Of a DNA stretch of 64,000 nt, positions 28,889-44,449 are shown piece by piece. Origin of the DNA: Bugula neritina (lineage: Eukaryota; Animalia; Bryozoa); the NCBI GenBank assembly GCA_964035545.1, contig OZ037773.1:4493751-4557750 (forward strand). Direction: 5' to 3'. The notes below the pieces were generated by a model. It did not search any database. It saw only the letters and a program-made list of their open reading frames with translations, and was not told the origin of the DNA. Made by a program: the position numbers and the translations under genes. The number at the start of each line of letters is the position of its first letter. Within the stretch, counting starts at the first letter, position 1.

Positions 28889-29977
28889 GTACGTTTAATT
28901 ATTATAAACATATATTTATTAAAAAAAAATTTTACAATTACAGATTTTCACTAAAGGTAAATGGCTCAATACTACTCAATGCAATATTATGTTTTTGCTA
29001 AATTTTTTAACCAAGGTAATCAGCAATTATGACTGTTTACTCTCTGTATCAAAGCATGAAAACTTTAGGTACATAACTAATTAAAAGATTCTTTTCAAAT
29101 GGGAAAGAAGGTACTAATAAAATTTCCAGCCTTTTTAACAAAAGACATTTTTTTTGCATAAAACAGGTTTGCTGTAAGTTTTAAAAATAATTTGTTTTAA
29201 AAGATGATTGGGAAAATCTGTAGCTAACAGGGTAATAACTTTGTAGCATAGTTCATAAGTTGAAACACCATTCTAGGCATCTAAGATTTTCACTTTTTTA
29301 TCAATATGTAAATGCTTTCATAAACTCAAAAGTATTTGTATTTTAAAATACTTTAAAGATCCACCAAACCTTAACCAAAATTAACTTTGTTTTTGTCAGC
29401 CTTTCAAATCAAATAAGAAACATTTTACAAAAAAGAAATGCATAACAAATAAAAGTGAGCATGCATTCTATTTACTTTACAATTTTTAATACTTTCAATT
29501 TATCATTATTCCTTTTGCTAATTTCTTATAATTTAGCAAAAAATTAAATTCGATATAATATGTTAACTTTTTTAATTAGACTAATTAAAAATTTATGCAG
29601 ACTAAAAATTTGAACCTAACTAAACTTTCTGCAGACTAAAAAAGTTAAAAAGAAACATTTTTATGTTTCTACAACATATGTATTGATATTTATGTACATT
29701 GATAAAGTTAACCTAATGATATATTTGATATCAACCTGCATGTGCCAATAAGTGTTTCACCATATTACCTACAAAATAATAAGTCTTATAGTACATGGTT
29801 TGTGTTACATGCGATAGGAATTCAAAAATGTTAGCAATTGCTGTCAGGTTATTACAAAGTTTTTTAGAGTATTTCAAACAATCCATTTTCTATTTGCATA
29901 ATTGTTGTGTTTTAAAACTATGTCACTCAATGGAGCTGCATCACAATATGTCATTTGTTTATAGAACCAACATCAAT

Positions 29978-30473
29978 ATGAAGGTCATTGCTGTGTTTGT
30001 GATTGCCATGCTAGTCATCATGGCACTGGGTAAGTAAAATGTTTATTGGGTATTGTGTGAGCGAAAAAGCACTTTATTGAATTATATCCAAAGTAGAGAA
30101 CAAAAGTTTTGTATAAACATTAAAGTTTTATTAAAATATTATTATAACTCGAATCTCTTCAAAGTTTAAGTCTTATTCCTTACTCTATAAACTATTTTTT
30201 TTACATATAGTTCCTTTCTATTTGTTGCACTGATGCGGTTGCATATAAATTAGCCTTATACAGAAAGTACAATATATAATATTATAAAAGCAGTGTAAAA
30301 ATTTTGGAGTTAACTTACCATGTTATAAATTTTCAACAGCTTCAGTTGCGGAGGCTAGCTATGGTTGCCCCAAATATCCAAGTAAATGCAAGAAATACTG
30401 TAAAGGAAAAGGATATTCTTCATATAAGTGTTCTGGTTCCTCTTGTAAATGCCTCAAATATCATGGGAAGTAA
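29978..30473 (+). CDS. CSalpha/beta defensin-like peptide, copy 6 (exons 29978-30029, 30340-30473)
   Basis: Intact; acceptor tttcaacag; consensus mature peptide (GYSS type). Confidence 0.9.
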
Positions 30474-31913
30474 AGTCAACTTTCTCAGCTGTTAACCTTT
30501 GACCCTGACACGAGCTTAATGAATTTTCACTCCTCTAATTCTGTGTTAAAGCACTGTAATTTGATAACTTTGAAGTTCTGAAATAATTGTGTTTTAATCA
30601 CTCTGAATGTTTTATGTATATTTATATATAACTACTGAATCCTAATAAAACAAATGCTTTTGAGATATAACCAAATGTTCTGTTTTAATCATGCATGTAT
30701 GGGAATTTTATACAACCTAAAATCATTATGCTTCTCATTACCATTTTTTCTCTGAAATCTCTACATATAGTTGAGAATATTTCATATAAAGTTTTGCACT
30801 TGCAATATTTTGTAATACACCAGCTTGATTGTTACTGATACAGTGGACAACATCTCACTAGACTATTACATGCAATAAAATAAAATATTACAGAAAAAAT
30901 TGTTTAACATTACCGATTTGTGATTTCTGTATAAATGCTTTAACTAAAACACATTAGAAATATACAAACTTGAATAATGGGGAGATAAATCTGTCTTCCA
31001 TCAAGTGGTGTATACTCAATAAATTATCTACCTAATAGCTTAAAGTCGTCTTTCCTTAGTATAACCTGATCTTATTTTAAAATATGCAGCTTAAATTTTT
31101 TTGTAAGCTTGATGGATAAAAAACTTGCCAATAAGCGCATTAATAAAAAAAATGAATTTTTTATTCCAGCCAAAAAAACTTGTTGAAAATCTTTTGATTA
31201 TATTATGATTTTACATGAAAAAAATGCAAATACTGTATATTTATTTTCCATCTCTCTGCAACTTTCTCACAGGTAGCATACTACTTTTACAGGAGAACAA
31301 AATGCAACAATTCTTAGTATTGCTAAAGCTTTAGCATATAGTTGAAAATAGTTATTTTCTAACCACTTGAGTATTATTAAATTCAAATTTTATATGATTT
31401 ATGAACCACTAATAACTGGTAGCTTTTATAAGATCATAAAAACTGAACTTTATATTCACTTGTATATTAAATGAAGTTGTGTCGATTGTTACTAGTGACT
31501 GGGTAGTAGTAATTGTCTCTCTTGAAATGCATACAGTCATCAACTAGATTGAAATAAGCTTCCTTTACAGATCAAGATTACAAAAGTCATTTTTGTACAG
31601 CCATCTTTAGTTGTAAAAATGAACTTTAATTTTTATAGGTGCCTATAAATTGTCAATTATAATTACACTGTGAGGTGTCCATGTTTCAGCTAAATTACAA
31701 AAAAAATTTCAACAAATATGAAATGCATATAAATAGAAATTATAGACAGCATGAATTTTTTTCCTTTAACTTGTAAAAAGAGCAAACAAAAGTCTGGCCC
31801 ATCTTTTTATAGAACTTAAATTAGGTGATTTGTTTATAAAGCTAATAGACCACAATGAAAAAATTATTTGTTTAAATCACAATAATTAAGAAGCACAAAG
31901 TACATATTACATA

Positions 31914-32105
31914 TTACATATTACATAAAATCTGAACAAAGCGGCCACTGATTGGTTGATCACATGCAATATTTAGAGTGTAGTATCTGTTGAGATAACC
32001 ATCAGCATATTTACACGGACCTTCGCTGTTAGATATCCAGTAAACTTTATATCTTTTTCTATCATAGCAACTGTTACTCCTGTGTTGCAAAAAATCTCTG
32101 GGCAT
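31914..32105 (-). pseudogene. Truncated F-type lectin domain fragment
   Basis: Single frame QHRSNSCYDRKRYKVYWISNSEGPCKYADGYLNRYYTLNIACDQPISGRFVQILC, truncated at a rearrangement junction. Confidence 0.55.
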
Positions 32106-35002
32106 ATTCCATTTTTAAAAATCTAAATTAAACATAAAAACTTGACCGGTTTTGCATAGCAAATTTTATTTTCGATAACAGGAAAGTTGTCTTATATGTT
32201 GAAATAAACAGAAAAGAAATGCAGAGTATATTTCTTTTCTCGGGGAAGAAAGAGAAAAGAAAGTGTTTATTGATTTACATTTATTTATTCTATTGATGAT
32301 AGCTTGTATTTGATACCATGTAGTTATATTGGTTGCAAAGTTGACAACCTATCTTGCCAAGCCTGCATGCTTTATAGCTTACTTAGAATTGAAGTTTAAA
32401 TCAAGAGTATAATTAATTTAACGCGTTTTATAGAAACTTGTAACTCTGAACAATTAAGCCAATAATAATTATATCTTTGAATATACATAGATCAACAACG
32501 TGTTCACCTGCACACAAATGCTTCAATCAATTATATGAAGTATAGTTCAGTGTAAGAAACACATCTCACACAATTTGAAAATGATTTGCACCAAAACTCA
32601 CAATTTATTGTCTACTTTATTTGTGTGCTTTAAATATTTATAAAAAAAGTGCAGCTTAGTCATACCCAGAACTAGTAATTGTTAAAAAGCACTGTGCGTG
32701 TAAAGCACATTGCATAATTTATTTCAATGGGATTCCGTTGGTTGCATGTAAGACCTATAGTTATTTTGTCACATTCCATTAATACGTTTCATAAAAAATT
32801 GATGCATATAGTTATGGCCATAACAGCAAATCTTATAGCTGCCAAAAACAACTGCAATTTGAGTTAATCTACAACAAATATTTAGTGTGTTGATTAGGTT
32901 ACAGATTTGACTGCTTCTTGCTGCCAACTCATGATACAGAAGGACTGAAATAAACTCTTGTTTCGCTTTACTTTTTTATTAGGATATTGTGTTTGCTATA
33001 ATTAGTATCAATCTTCATCAATATGTAACTTATTTTATATTTTAACTTATTGTGATTTTAAATTGAATTATTTTTTATCTGAAAATTTTTAAGCTAGAAG
33101 TTTGTAAAACACTTGAAAGCTAACAATTAATTTTGACTAGCCATTGCTAGAAATTTATAGCAATCAAAAAATAGTATAGAGTGCTGTTTAACTGCAGCTA
33201 TAACACTAAATATTTATTTGTGCACTTTTGTTTAATCTTTTTAATACAATATATATCGTGTAATATTTGGTTTGTGCTTCCTAATTATTTTGATACAAAT
33301 AAAATATTTTCTCATTGTGGTCTATTAGCTTTATAGACAAATTATCTAATTTAAGCTCTATGAAAATATGGGCCAGATATTTATCTGCTCTTTTTATAGG
33401 TTTAAGGAAAAAGATTCATGCTGTCTCTATAATTATTTCTATTTATATGCATTTCATATTCATGAAAATAAGCTTTTATAATTCAGCTGCATGGAACGTG
33501 ATCACTTCATATATAGCCTAATTATGATTGACAATATAGGCAACTATAATAATACAGATTAAAATTCATTTTTACAACTCAAAATGGCTATAAAAAAGAC
33601 CTTTGTAATATCCATATAAAGCAAGCTTATTCCATTCAAGTCGATGACTGTATGCATTTCAAGAGAGACAATTACTATACTCCCCAGTCACTAAAGTAAA
33701 AACCGACACAACTTCAAATAATATACAAATGAATATAAAGTCTAGCTTATATGATGTTAAAGCTACCAGTTTTTACTCGTTCATAAATCATATAGAATTT
33801 GAATTTATTAATACTAATGCGCAAGTGGTTAGAAAATAACTATTTTCAACTATATATGCTAAAGTTTTAGCAACACTATAAGAATTGTTGCATTTTGTTC
33901 TCCTGTAAAATAAGGCTGCTATAACTTGTGAAAAAGTTTTAGAGAAATGTAAACTAAATATACAAAATTCAATGTTTTTTCATGTATAAAACCATAATCT
34001 AATCAAAAGAATTTTTACAAGTTTTTTGGCAGGAAAAAAATACTAGTTTTGTTTTTATTAGTTCTTCTAATTGGCAATAGAAAGCAGTGAAGCTCAAAAT
34101 AGGCCTAATTTAAATACCTATCAATCATATAGAGTATTCAGTGACTACTTGTAATAATGGCTTCAAAAAATAATTAAAAGTCATCACTACAAACCTTTAT
34201 TATTTGATATATTAAGCACATTTTATCATGCTAGAGAATGCAATAGTTGTGAACATTATACCACTCTTAGTTAAACCATGAGAAGTGACAGTTACATCAA
34301 TCACTATAGCAAGTTAATCAAAATAACTGGAGCATTGCTTCAAGTTTTTTATCCATTAAGCTTGCATAAAAGTTTGCACTGCATGTTTTAAAGTAGGATC
34401 AGGTTATGCTAGGGAAAGACAACTTTAAGCTATTATCATGTAGCTAATTTATCTAGTATACACCACTCAATGGAAAACAGATTTATCTCCCCATTATTTT
34501 AGTTTGTATATTCCTAATGTGTTTTAATTAAAGCATTTATACAGAAATCAGAAATTGTTCAACAAAGTTTTCTGTAACATTTTATTTTAATGCATGTAAT
34601 AGTCTAGTGAAATGTTGTCCACTGTATCAGCAACAATCAAGCTGGTGTATTACACACAAATTGCATGCAGGTGCAAAACTTTAGAATGAAATGTTTTCAA
34701 CTATATATGTAGAGATTTCAGAGCGAAAATGTTAATGAGAAGCATAATTATTTTAGGTTGTATAAAGCTCCCATACATGCCTGATTAAAACAAAAAACAT
34801 TTGGCTATATCTCAAAAGCATTTGTTTTATTAGGATTCAGTAGTTACATATAAACATACATAAAACATTCAGAGTGATTAAAACACAATTATTTCAGAAC
34901 TTCAAAGTTTTTTAAATTACAGTGCTTTAAAACAGAATTAGCAACGCGAAAATCCATGAAGGTCGTGTCCAGGTCAAAGGTTAACAGCTGAGAAAGTTGA
35001 CT

Positions 35003-35503
35003 TTACTTTCCATGATATTTGAGGCATTTACAAGAGGAACCAGAACACTTATATGAATTATATCCTTTTCCTTTACAGTACTTCTTGCATTTACTTGGAT
35101 ATTTGGGGCAACCATAGCTAGCCTCCGCTACTGAAGCTATTGAAAATAAATAACATGGTAAGGTAACTCCAATATTTGTACTCTGCTTTTATAATAATTT
35201 ATTATGTATAATACTTTCTGTATAAGGCTAATTTATATGCAACCGCATCAGTGCAACAAATAGAAATGAATTATAATATGTAAACAAATAATTTATAGAG
35301 TAAAGAATAAGACTTAAACCTTGAAGACATTTGAGTTAAAATATATTCTAATAACACTTTAATATTTATACAACACTTTTGTTATCTACTTTGGATACAA
35401 TTCAATAAAGTGTTTTTTGCTCATTCAATACCCAATAAACATTTCACTTACCCAATGCTATGATGAGTATCATGGCAATCACAAACACAGCAAGGACCTT
35501 CAT
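35003..35503 (-). CDS. CSalpha/beta defensin-like peptide, copy 7 (exons 35503-35452, 35136-35003)
   Basis: Signal MKVLAVFVIAMILIIALASVAEA; mature GYNS type. Confidence 0.9.
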
Positions 35504-36532
35504 ATTGATGTTGTTTCTATAAACAAACGACATATTGTGATGCAGGTCCATTGGGTGACAAAGTTTTAAAACACAACAATTATGCAAAAGGAAAATGCAT
35601 GTTTTGAAATGCTTTAAAAAAACCTCATAATAGCATGATAGCAATTGCCAATATTTTTGATTTGCAATCGCTTGTAATACAAATTATATACTATTAGACT
35701 TATAATTTTGTAGGTAATACGGTGAAAAACCTATTGACGCCTGCAGGGTGATATTATAAGTACATTATTAGGTTATGTTTTTCAAAGTACATAAATATTA
35801 ATATACATATGTTGTAGAAACATAAAAAGGTTTCTTTTTATAATTTTTTTAACCTGTATAAAGTTTTAATTTTTCTAATTAAAAAAGTTACTATTCTATA
35901 TTGTATTTAACTTTTTGCTAGATTATGAAAATTTTATAATAGCACAATTAGCAAAAGGAATAATGATAAATTGACAGTATTAGAATTGCTAAGGTAAATA
36001 GAATGCATGCTCACAAGAAACAAATTTAATTTGGTTAAGGGTTGGTGGGTCTTTAAAGTATTTTAAATTACAAATGCTTTTGGGTTCTGTAATATCTGAT
36101 AGCATATACATATGAATAAGAAGAGTAAAAAGCTGCAATGCCTGCAATGGTGTTTCAACTTATAAACTATGCTACAAAATTATTACCCTGTTAGCTACAG
36201 ATTTTCCGAATCATTTTTTAAAACAAATACTCTTTAAAACTTTAAAAAACCTGTTTAATGCAAAAAAAATGTATTTCATCAAAAATGCTGGTAATTTTAT
36301 GAGTACCTTCTTTTCTATTTGAAAAAATGTTTTTTAAGCAGGTATGTGCCTTAAAGCTTTCATTATTTGATACAAAGAGTAAACAGTCATAATTGCTATT
36401 TACCTTGGTCAAATAATTTAGCAAAAACATAATATTGTATTGAGTAGTATTGAGCTATTTAAACTGTTGTGAAAATCTGTAATTGTTAAAGATTTTATTA
36501 ACTAATATATGTTTTATGATAATTAAACGTAC

Positions 36533-36602
36533 CTGTAATCCTTTACAAAAGTCAGATATGAAACAATATTGTAGTAAGAATGCATCTCAAAGCCTTTATA
36601 TA
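36533..36602 (-). promoter_or_regulatory. TATA box and putative non-coding exon 1 of copy 7
   Basis: Same motif spacing. Confidence 0.6.
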
Positions 36603-36904
36603 CCATTTTAAGTACAATATTCAAACTTAAAACATTACGTAGCTTTGAGTTGGTTGGCTAATAATTATCACCTGCAAGTAATAGTTAGTAATTTGTTTAC
36701 AAATTAATTTATTAATAGAAAATATTGTTTATCATTGATGTTAGTGTTTATGATCAGACTATATAATCTTGTTGTTGACAGAAATATGTATCGCAAATGA
36801 TTGATTAGTGATTTGATACGAAACCAGGTACGGAAGTTTTCACTAAATATTTATGCAATGATTGCGCTGATTGATAAATTTTATTAATAAATTGCCACAT
36901 TAAA

Positions 36905-36963
36905 ACTCAAACTCAAGACCTCCGGCTTGCAAACAGACATGCTACCATTACACCACAGAGATT
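36905..36963 (-). mobile_element. tRNA-derived SINE head upstream of copy 7
   Basis: Paralog of 15654-15712. Confidence 0.5.
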
Positions 36964-37023
36964 TCTGGGTAAACTCAACACTACACTTCTATTGTTTAGG
37001 TGTGCTGACAGAGGTACAAGTCG

Positions 37024-37378
<355 letters not shown>

Positions 37379-38594
37379 AAGCATTTTGTAAGCTTGAAAA
37401 CAAATTATTTTGGGTAGAAGACATTTTAAAGTTTTACTGCATCTTATAATGCACTGCATCATATCATTTTAATGTAGCTGTTCAAACATCTCCTATGCTA
37501 CACTACATCATAAAACTTGCTCATGCGAATTTCATGTTTTACAACCAACTAGCATTAAAATTCAATTTCATTTGGTGTTTCCCCGATAAGCTACAATTTA
37601 TTTTCAACAAAATTGTTTCCAATACATTACTTAGAAATATTAGAGATACAATTATTTTAAAGCCAGTACCAGTGAAGAAACTATTGTTCATTACGATATA
37701 CAAAAAATTGGCAAAGTTGTCTGCATATGAAACAAGTCTTGGGATTGGTCCAACTCTTGACAAACTATTTTGCTTTTTTGTGACGCAAGTTGTGATCTCA
37801 TGAAGAAATGTCATTTGCCATAATACTGAAGGTAGCTTATAATGAGCTCAGTAAAGTTTAGAAAGCCAATGCAATACATTGTTGAAACAAACGAAGCTGT
37901 CAAAATGAAAAGTATGAATTGAGCTTGTGATTGGCTGAAATATCTTCCAACCGCTACATGGCATGAAACAAGATAAACAATTTGAAAAACAATATAAAAA
38001 TTTTTTTCCATAGTAACCATGACATTGCATTTTAATAAAACCTAATGATTATAATGTTATGTAACTTTTTGTGCTGTCTTGTAATATGACGTACAATTTA
38101 ATAAAACATATTGCAATAATAAAAGCTCTATTGAACAACTACAGATAAACACCTGAATCATATATAACTAGTATGATTTCAAAAATAAATATTTCTATAA
38201 ACAATATGACTGCATGTTACACTGCTAAGGTACAATTCAAGCTGTCATCAGATTATGTATTACTAAAATATTGAAGCTAATCTCTCTAGGTTTCCAGGAG
38301 ACCCAAAAGATTATCTTCATGCAAATACCACTTGTTTTTTTTTTAGTTATTATAATATCTTGGTGATTTATTATATAACACACAAAGAATCTGAAATAAA
38401 AGCCATTTATAAAACTTTGTTTTAGATAAAAGTTAATTTCAGCTAAATATTATTAAATAGTTTTAGCTAATGTTTTGATAGGTTATTTTATGGTTTATAT
38501 AACTATGTTGAAGTTAAAAAGTTGAAGAATTGCGCTCGTTTCTCTAGTACTGCTTAAATATAACAAACAGCTACTTTAAAGTATTTCATTGTAG

Positions 38595-38855
38595 ATCAGC
38601 AGCTTCAATCTCCAACGACTTTCTCTATAGAGATTGATCTGCGTCACAGAAGTAACAGTCGCTATGATAGAGGAAGACATAGAGTTTACTGGATCTAACA
38701 GAGAAGTTCTGTGTAAATAATTATGTTGATGGTTAGCTTAACAGATAGTGCACTCTAAATACATGTGATCAACCAATCAGTTGTCCTTTTGTTCAGATTT
38801 TATTTAATGCAAACGCAATACTAAATCTGAATAAGATTGAAGTTTATGGCAATAT
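38595..38855 (+). pseudogene. F-type lectin domain exon remnant (stop-disrupted paralog)
   Basis: Aligns to 26997-27250. Confidence 0.55.
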
Positions 38856-39028
38856 TTCATTTATTGTTTTGTAGTTTACACAATATTTTGAGTAGGGTAT
38901 GATAGCTGTTTTTAGAGCACCTGCTATAGTAAGACAGTATCTGGCATTGAATGATGAAAAGACCTGCACCTTCATGCCATGTAGCGGTTGGAAAATATTT
39001 CAGCCAATCACAAGCTCAATTTATACTT

Positions 39029-39256
<228 letters not shown>

Positions 39257-39370
39257 ATCTAACTGCGTACAGCAGCTGTTTTGGGACTTGTTATACTTTT
39301 GTCAGCACAAGAAATGAAAGTTCCATGGCCATACTTGGACAATAGAAGTGTAGTGTTGAGTTTACCCAGG

Positions 39371-39430
39371 AATCTCTGTGGTGTAATGTTAGCATGCCTG
39401 TTTGCAAGCCGGAGGTCTTGGGTTTAAATT
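39371..39430 (+). mobile_element. tRNA-derived SINE head upstream of copy 8
   Basis: Paralog of 18280-18338. Confidence 0.5.
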
Positions 39431-39733
39431 TTAATGTGGCAATTTATTAAATAATTTATCAATCAGTGCAACCATTGCATAAATATTTGGTAAAAATTTC
39501 CATACCTGATGTTGTATCAAATCAGTAATCAGTCATTTGCAATACATGTTTCTGTCAACAACAAGATTATGAAGTCTGATCACAAACACTAACATCAATG
39601 CTAAACAATATTTTCTATAAATAAAATATTTCGTAAACAAATTACTCACTATTACTTGCAGGGGATAATTATTAGCCAACTAACTCAAAGCTACGTAATG
39701 TTTCAAGTTTGAAGATTGCACTAATTAAGCTGG

Positions 39734-39807
39734 TATATAAAGGCTTTGAGATGCATTCTTACTACAATATTGTTTATATACTATCTGACTTGTGTGAAGT
39801 ATTACAG
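39734..39807 (+). promoter_or_regulatory. TATA box and putative non-coding exon 1 of copy 8
   Basis: Same motifs, with a 4-nt insertion. Confidence 0.6.
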
Positions 39808-40897
39808 GTACGTTTAATTATTATAAACATATATTTATTAAAAAAAAAATTTACAATTACAGATTTTCACTAAAGATAAATGGCTCAATACTACTCGATG
39901 CAATATTATGTTTTTGCTAAATTTTTTAACCAAGGTAATCAGCAATTATGACTGTCTACTCTCTGTATCAAAGCATGAAAACTTTAGGTACATAACTAAT
40001 TAAAAAGATTCTTTTCAAATGGGAAGGAAGGTACTAATAAAATTTCCAGCCTTTTTAACAAAATACATTTTCTTGCATAAGACAAGTTTGTTGTAAGTTT
40101 TAAAGAGAATTTGTTTTAAAAAATGATTGGGAAAATCTGTAGCTAACAAGGTAATAATTTTGTAGCATAGTTTATAAGTTGAAACACCATTCTAGGCATC
40201 TGAGATTTTCACTCTTTTTATAAATATGTAAATGCTTTCATAAACTCAAAAGCACTTGTATTTTAAAATACTTTAAAGACCCACCAACCCTTAACCAAAA
40301 TTAACTTTGTTTTTGTCAGCCTTTCAAATCAAACAAGAAACATTTTACAAAAAAGAAATGCATAACAAATAAAAGTGAGCATGCATTCTATTTATCTTAC
40401 AATTTTCGATACTTTCAATTTATCATTATTCCTTTTGCTAATTTTTTATAATCTAGCAAAAAATTAAATTCGATATAGTATGTTAACTCTTTTAATTAGA
40501 CTAATTAAAATTTATGCAGACTAAAAATTTGAACCTAACTAAACTTTCTGCAGGCTAAAAAAGTTAAAAAAGAAACATTTTCATGTTTCTACAACATATG
40601 TATTGATATTTATGTACATTGATAAAGTTAACCTAATGATATATTTGATATCAACCTGCATGTGCCAGTAAGTGTTTCACCATATTACCTACAAAATAAT
40701 AAGTCTAATAGTATATGGTTTGTGCTACATGCGATTGGAAATCAAAAATGTTAGCAATTGCTGTCAGGTTATTACAAAGTTTTTTAGAGTATTTCAAACA
40801 ATCCATTTTCCATCTGCATAATTGTTGTGCTTTAAAACTATGTCACTCATTGGAGCTGCATCACAATATTTCATTTGTTTATAGAACCAACATCAAT

Positions 40898-41408
40898 ATG
40901 AAGGTCATTGCTGTGTTTGTGATTGCCATGATAGTCATGATGGCACTGGGTAAGTGAAATGTTTATTGGGTATTGAGTGAGCAAAAAACACTTTCTTGAA
41001 TTATATCCAAAGTAGATAACAAAAGTTTTGTATAAACATTAAAGTGTTTTTAAAATATTATAACTCGAATCTCTTCGAAGTTTAAGTTTTATTCCTTATA
41101 CTCTATAAATTATTTTTACTTTATAAATTGTTTTTTACATGAAATTCATTTCTATTTATTACACTGATGCAGTTGCATATAAATTAGCCTTATACAGAAA
41201 GTATAATAGATAATATTATAAAAGCAGAGTAAAAATATTGGAGTTACATTACCATGATTTTTTATTTTCAATAGCTTCAGTAGCGGAGGCTAGCTATGGT
41301 TGCCCCAAATATCCAAGTAAATGCAAGAAATACTGTAAAGGAAAAGGATACAATTCATATAAGTGTTCTGGTTCCTCTTGTAAATGCCTCAAATATCATG
41401 GGAAGTAA
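40898..41408 (+). CDS. CSalpha/beta defensin-like peptide, copy 8 (exons 40898-40949, 41275-41408)
   Basis: Signal MKVIAVFVIAMIVMMALASVAEA; mature GYNS type. Confidence 0.9.
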
Positions 41409-43992
41409 AGTCAACTTTCTCAGCTGTTAACCTTTGACCTGGACACGACCTTTATGGATTTTCACTCCTCTAATTCTGTTTTAAAGCATAGTAATTTACA
41501 AACTTTGAAGTTCTGAAATAATTGTGTTTTAATCACTCTGATTGTTTCAAGTATATTTATATGTAACTACTAAATCCAAATAAAACAAATGCTTTCGAGA
41601 TATAGCCAAATGTTTTGTTTTAATCAGGCATGTATAGGAATTTTATACAACCTAAAATAATCATGCTTCTCATTATCATTTTCTCTCTGAAATCTCTACA
41701 TATAGTTGAAAATATTCCATTCTAAAGTTTTGCACTTGCAATATTTTGTAATACACCAGCTTGATTATTACTGATACAGTGGACAACATCTCACTAGACC
41801 ATCACCTGCATTAAAATAAAATATTACAGAAAGAAATGTTGAACATTACCAATTTGTGATTTCTGTATAAATGCTTTAACTAAAACACATTAGAAATATA
41901 CAAACTAGAAAATGGGGAGGTAAATCGGTCTTTCATCCAGGGTTTATTGATTTACATTTATTCATTCTATTGATTATAGCTTGTATTTGATACCACATAG
42001 TTATTTTGATTGAAAAGTTGGCAATCTCTCTTGCCAAGCCTGCATGCCTTATAGCTTACTTAGAATTGAAGTTTAAATCAAGAGTATATTAAATTTAACG
42101 CGTTTTATAGAAACTTGTAACTCTGAACAATTAAGCCAATAATAATTAATTTTGACAATTAATTTTGACTAGCTATTGCTAGAAATTTATAGCGATCAAA
42201 AAATGGTATAGAGTGCTGTTTAACTGCAGTTATAACACTAAATATTTATTTGTGCACTGTTGTTCAATCTTTTTAATATAATCTATATCGTGTAATATGT
42301 GCTTTGTGCTTCCTAATTATTTTGATACAAATAAAATATTTTCTCATTGTGGTCTATTAGCTTTATAGACAAATCGCCTAATTTAAGCTCTATGAAAAAA
42401 TGTGCCAGAATTTTATCTGCTCTTTTTATAGATTTAAGGAAAAAGATTTATGCTGTCTCTATAATTTATATTTATATGCATTTCATAGTCATGAAAAAAA
42501 ACTTTTATAATTCAACTGCATGAAACATGATAACCTCATATAGCCTAATTATGATTGAAAATATAGGCAACTATAATAATAAAGATTAAAATTCGTTTTT
42601 ACAACTCAAAATGACTATAAAAAATGACCTTTGAGATGTCTACATAAAGCAAGCTTATCCCATTCTAGTCGATGACTGTATGCATTGCAAGAGAGACAAT
42701 TACTATACTCCCCATGCAGTCACTAGTAACAACCGACACAACTTCATTCAGTTTACAAATGAATATAAAGTCTAGCTTATATGATGTTAGTTTTTAGTTT
42801 TTAGTCATTCATAAATCGTATAGAATTTGAATTTATTAATATTCAAGTTGTTAGAAAATAACTATTTTCAACTATATGCTAAGAATTGTTGCATTTTGTT
42901 CTCCTGTAAAATAAGATTGCTACCTGTGAAAAAGTTTCAAAGAAATGTAAACTAAATATACAGTATTCACATTTTTTTTATTTATAAAACCATAATATAA
43001 TCAAAAGATTTTCTACAAGCATTTTGGCAGGAATAAAATACTCGTTTTGTTTTTATTAGCTCTTCTAATTGGCAGTAGAAAGCAGTGAAGCTCTAAATAG
43101 GTTTAATTTAAATACCTATCAATCATAGAGTATTCAGTGACTACTTGTAATAACGGCTTCAAAAAATAATTAAAAGTCATCATTACAAACCTTTATTATT
43201 TGATGTTAAGCACATTCTATCGTGCTAGAAAATGCAATAGTTGTGAACATTATACCGCTCTTAGTTAAATCATGAGGAGTGACAGTTACATCAATCACTA
43301 TAGCAAGTTAATTAAAATAACTGGAGCATTGCTTCAAGTTTTTTATTCATTAAGCTTGCATAAAAATTTGCACTGCATATTTTAACGTAGGATCAGGTTA
43401 TGCTAGGGAAAGACGACTTTAAGCTAATATCATGTAGCTAACTTATCTAGTATACACCACTGAATGGAAGACAGATTTATCTCCCCATTGTTCTAGTTTG
43501 TATATTTCTAATGTGTTTTAGTTGAAGCATTTATACAGCAATCACAAATTGGTAATGTTTAACAAATTTTTCTGTAACATTTTATTTTAATGCATGTAAT
43601 GGTCTAGTGAGATGTTGTCCACTGTATCAGCAACAATCAAGCTGGTGTATTACAAAATATTGAAAGTGCAAAACTTTAGAATGAAATGTTTTCAACTAAA
43701 TGTAGAGATTTCACAGCCAAAATGATAATGAGAAGCATAATTATTTTAGGTTGTATAAAACTCCCATACATGCCTGATTAAAACAAAACATTTGGCTATA
43801 CCTCAAAAGCATTTGTTTTATTAGGATTCAGTAGTTACATATAAATATACATAGAACATTCAGAGTGATTAAAACACAATGATTTCAGAACTTCAAAGTT
43901 ATCAAATTACAGAGCTTCAACACAGAATTAGAGGAGTAAAAATCCATGAAGGTCATGTCCAGGTCAAAGGTTAACAGCTGAGAAAGTTGACT

Positions 43993-44449
43993 TTACTTCC
44001 CATGATATTTGAGGCATTTACAAGAGGAGCCAGAACACTTATATGAGTTATATCCTTTTCCTTTACAGTACTTCTTGCATTTACTTGGATATTTGGGGCA
44101 ACCATAGCTAGCCTCCGCTACTGAAGCTATTGAAAATCAATAACATGGTAAGGTAACTCCAATATTTTTACAATTACTTTTATAATATTATACTTTCTGT
44201 ATAAGGCTAGTTTATATGCAACAGCATCAGTGCAACAAATAGAAATGAACTATATGTAAAAAAAAAGTTTATAGAGTAAGGAATAAAACTTAAACTTTGA
44301 AGACATTTGAGTTATAATAATAATTTAATTATATTTTAATATGTATACAAAACTTGTGTTTTTCACTTCTACAACACCCAATAAAGATTTCACTTACCCA
44401 GTGCCATTATGACTAGCATGGCAATCACAAACACAGCAATGACCTTCAT
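43993..44449 (-). CDS. CSalpha/beta defensin-like peptide, copy 9 (exons 44449-44398, 44126-43993)
   Basis: Intact; mature GYNS type (Asn codon AAC). Confidence 0.9.

Noticed and set aside
30304-30495. 63-aa ORF over exon 3
   Set aside because: Alternative frame of the defensin exon; interrupted in most paralogs.
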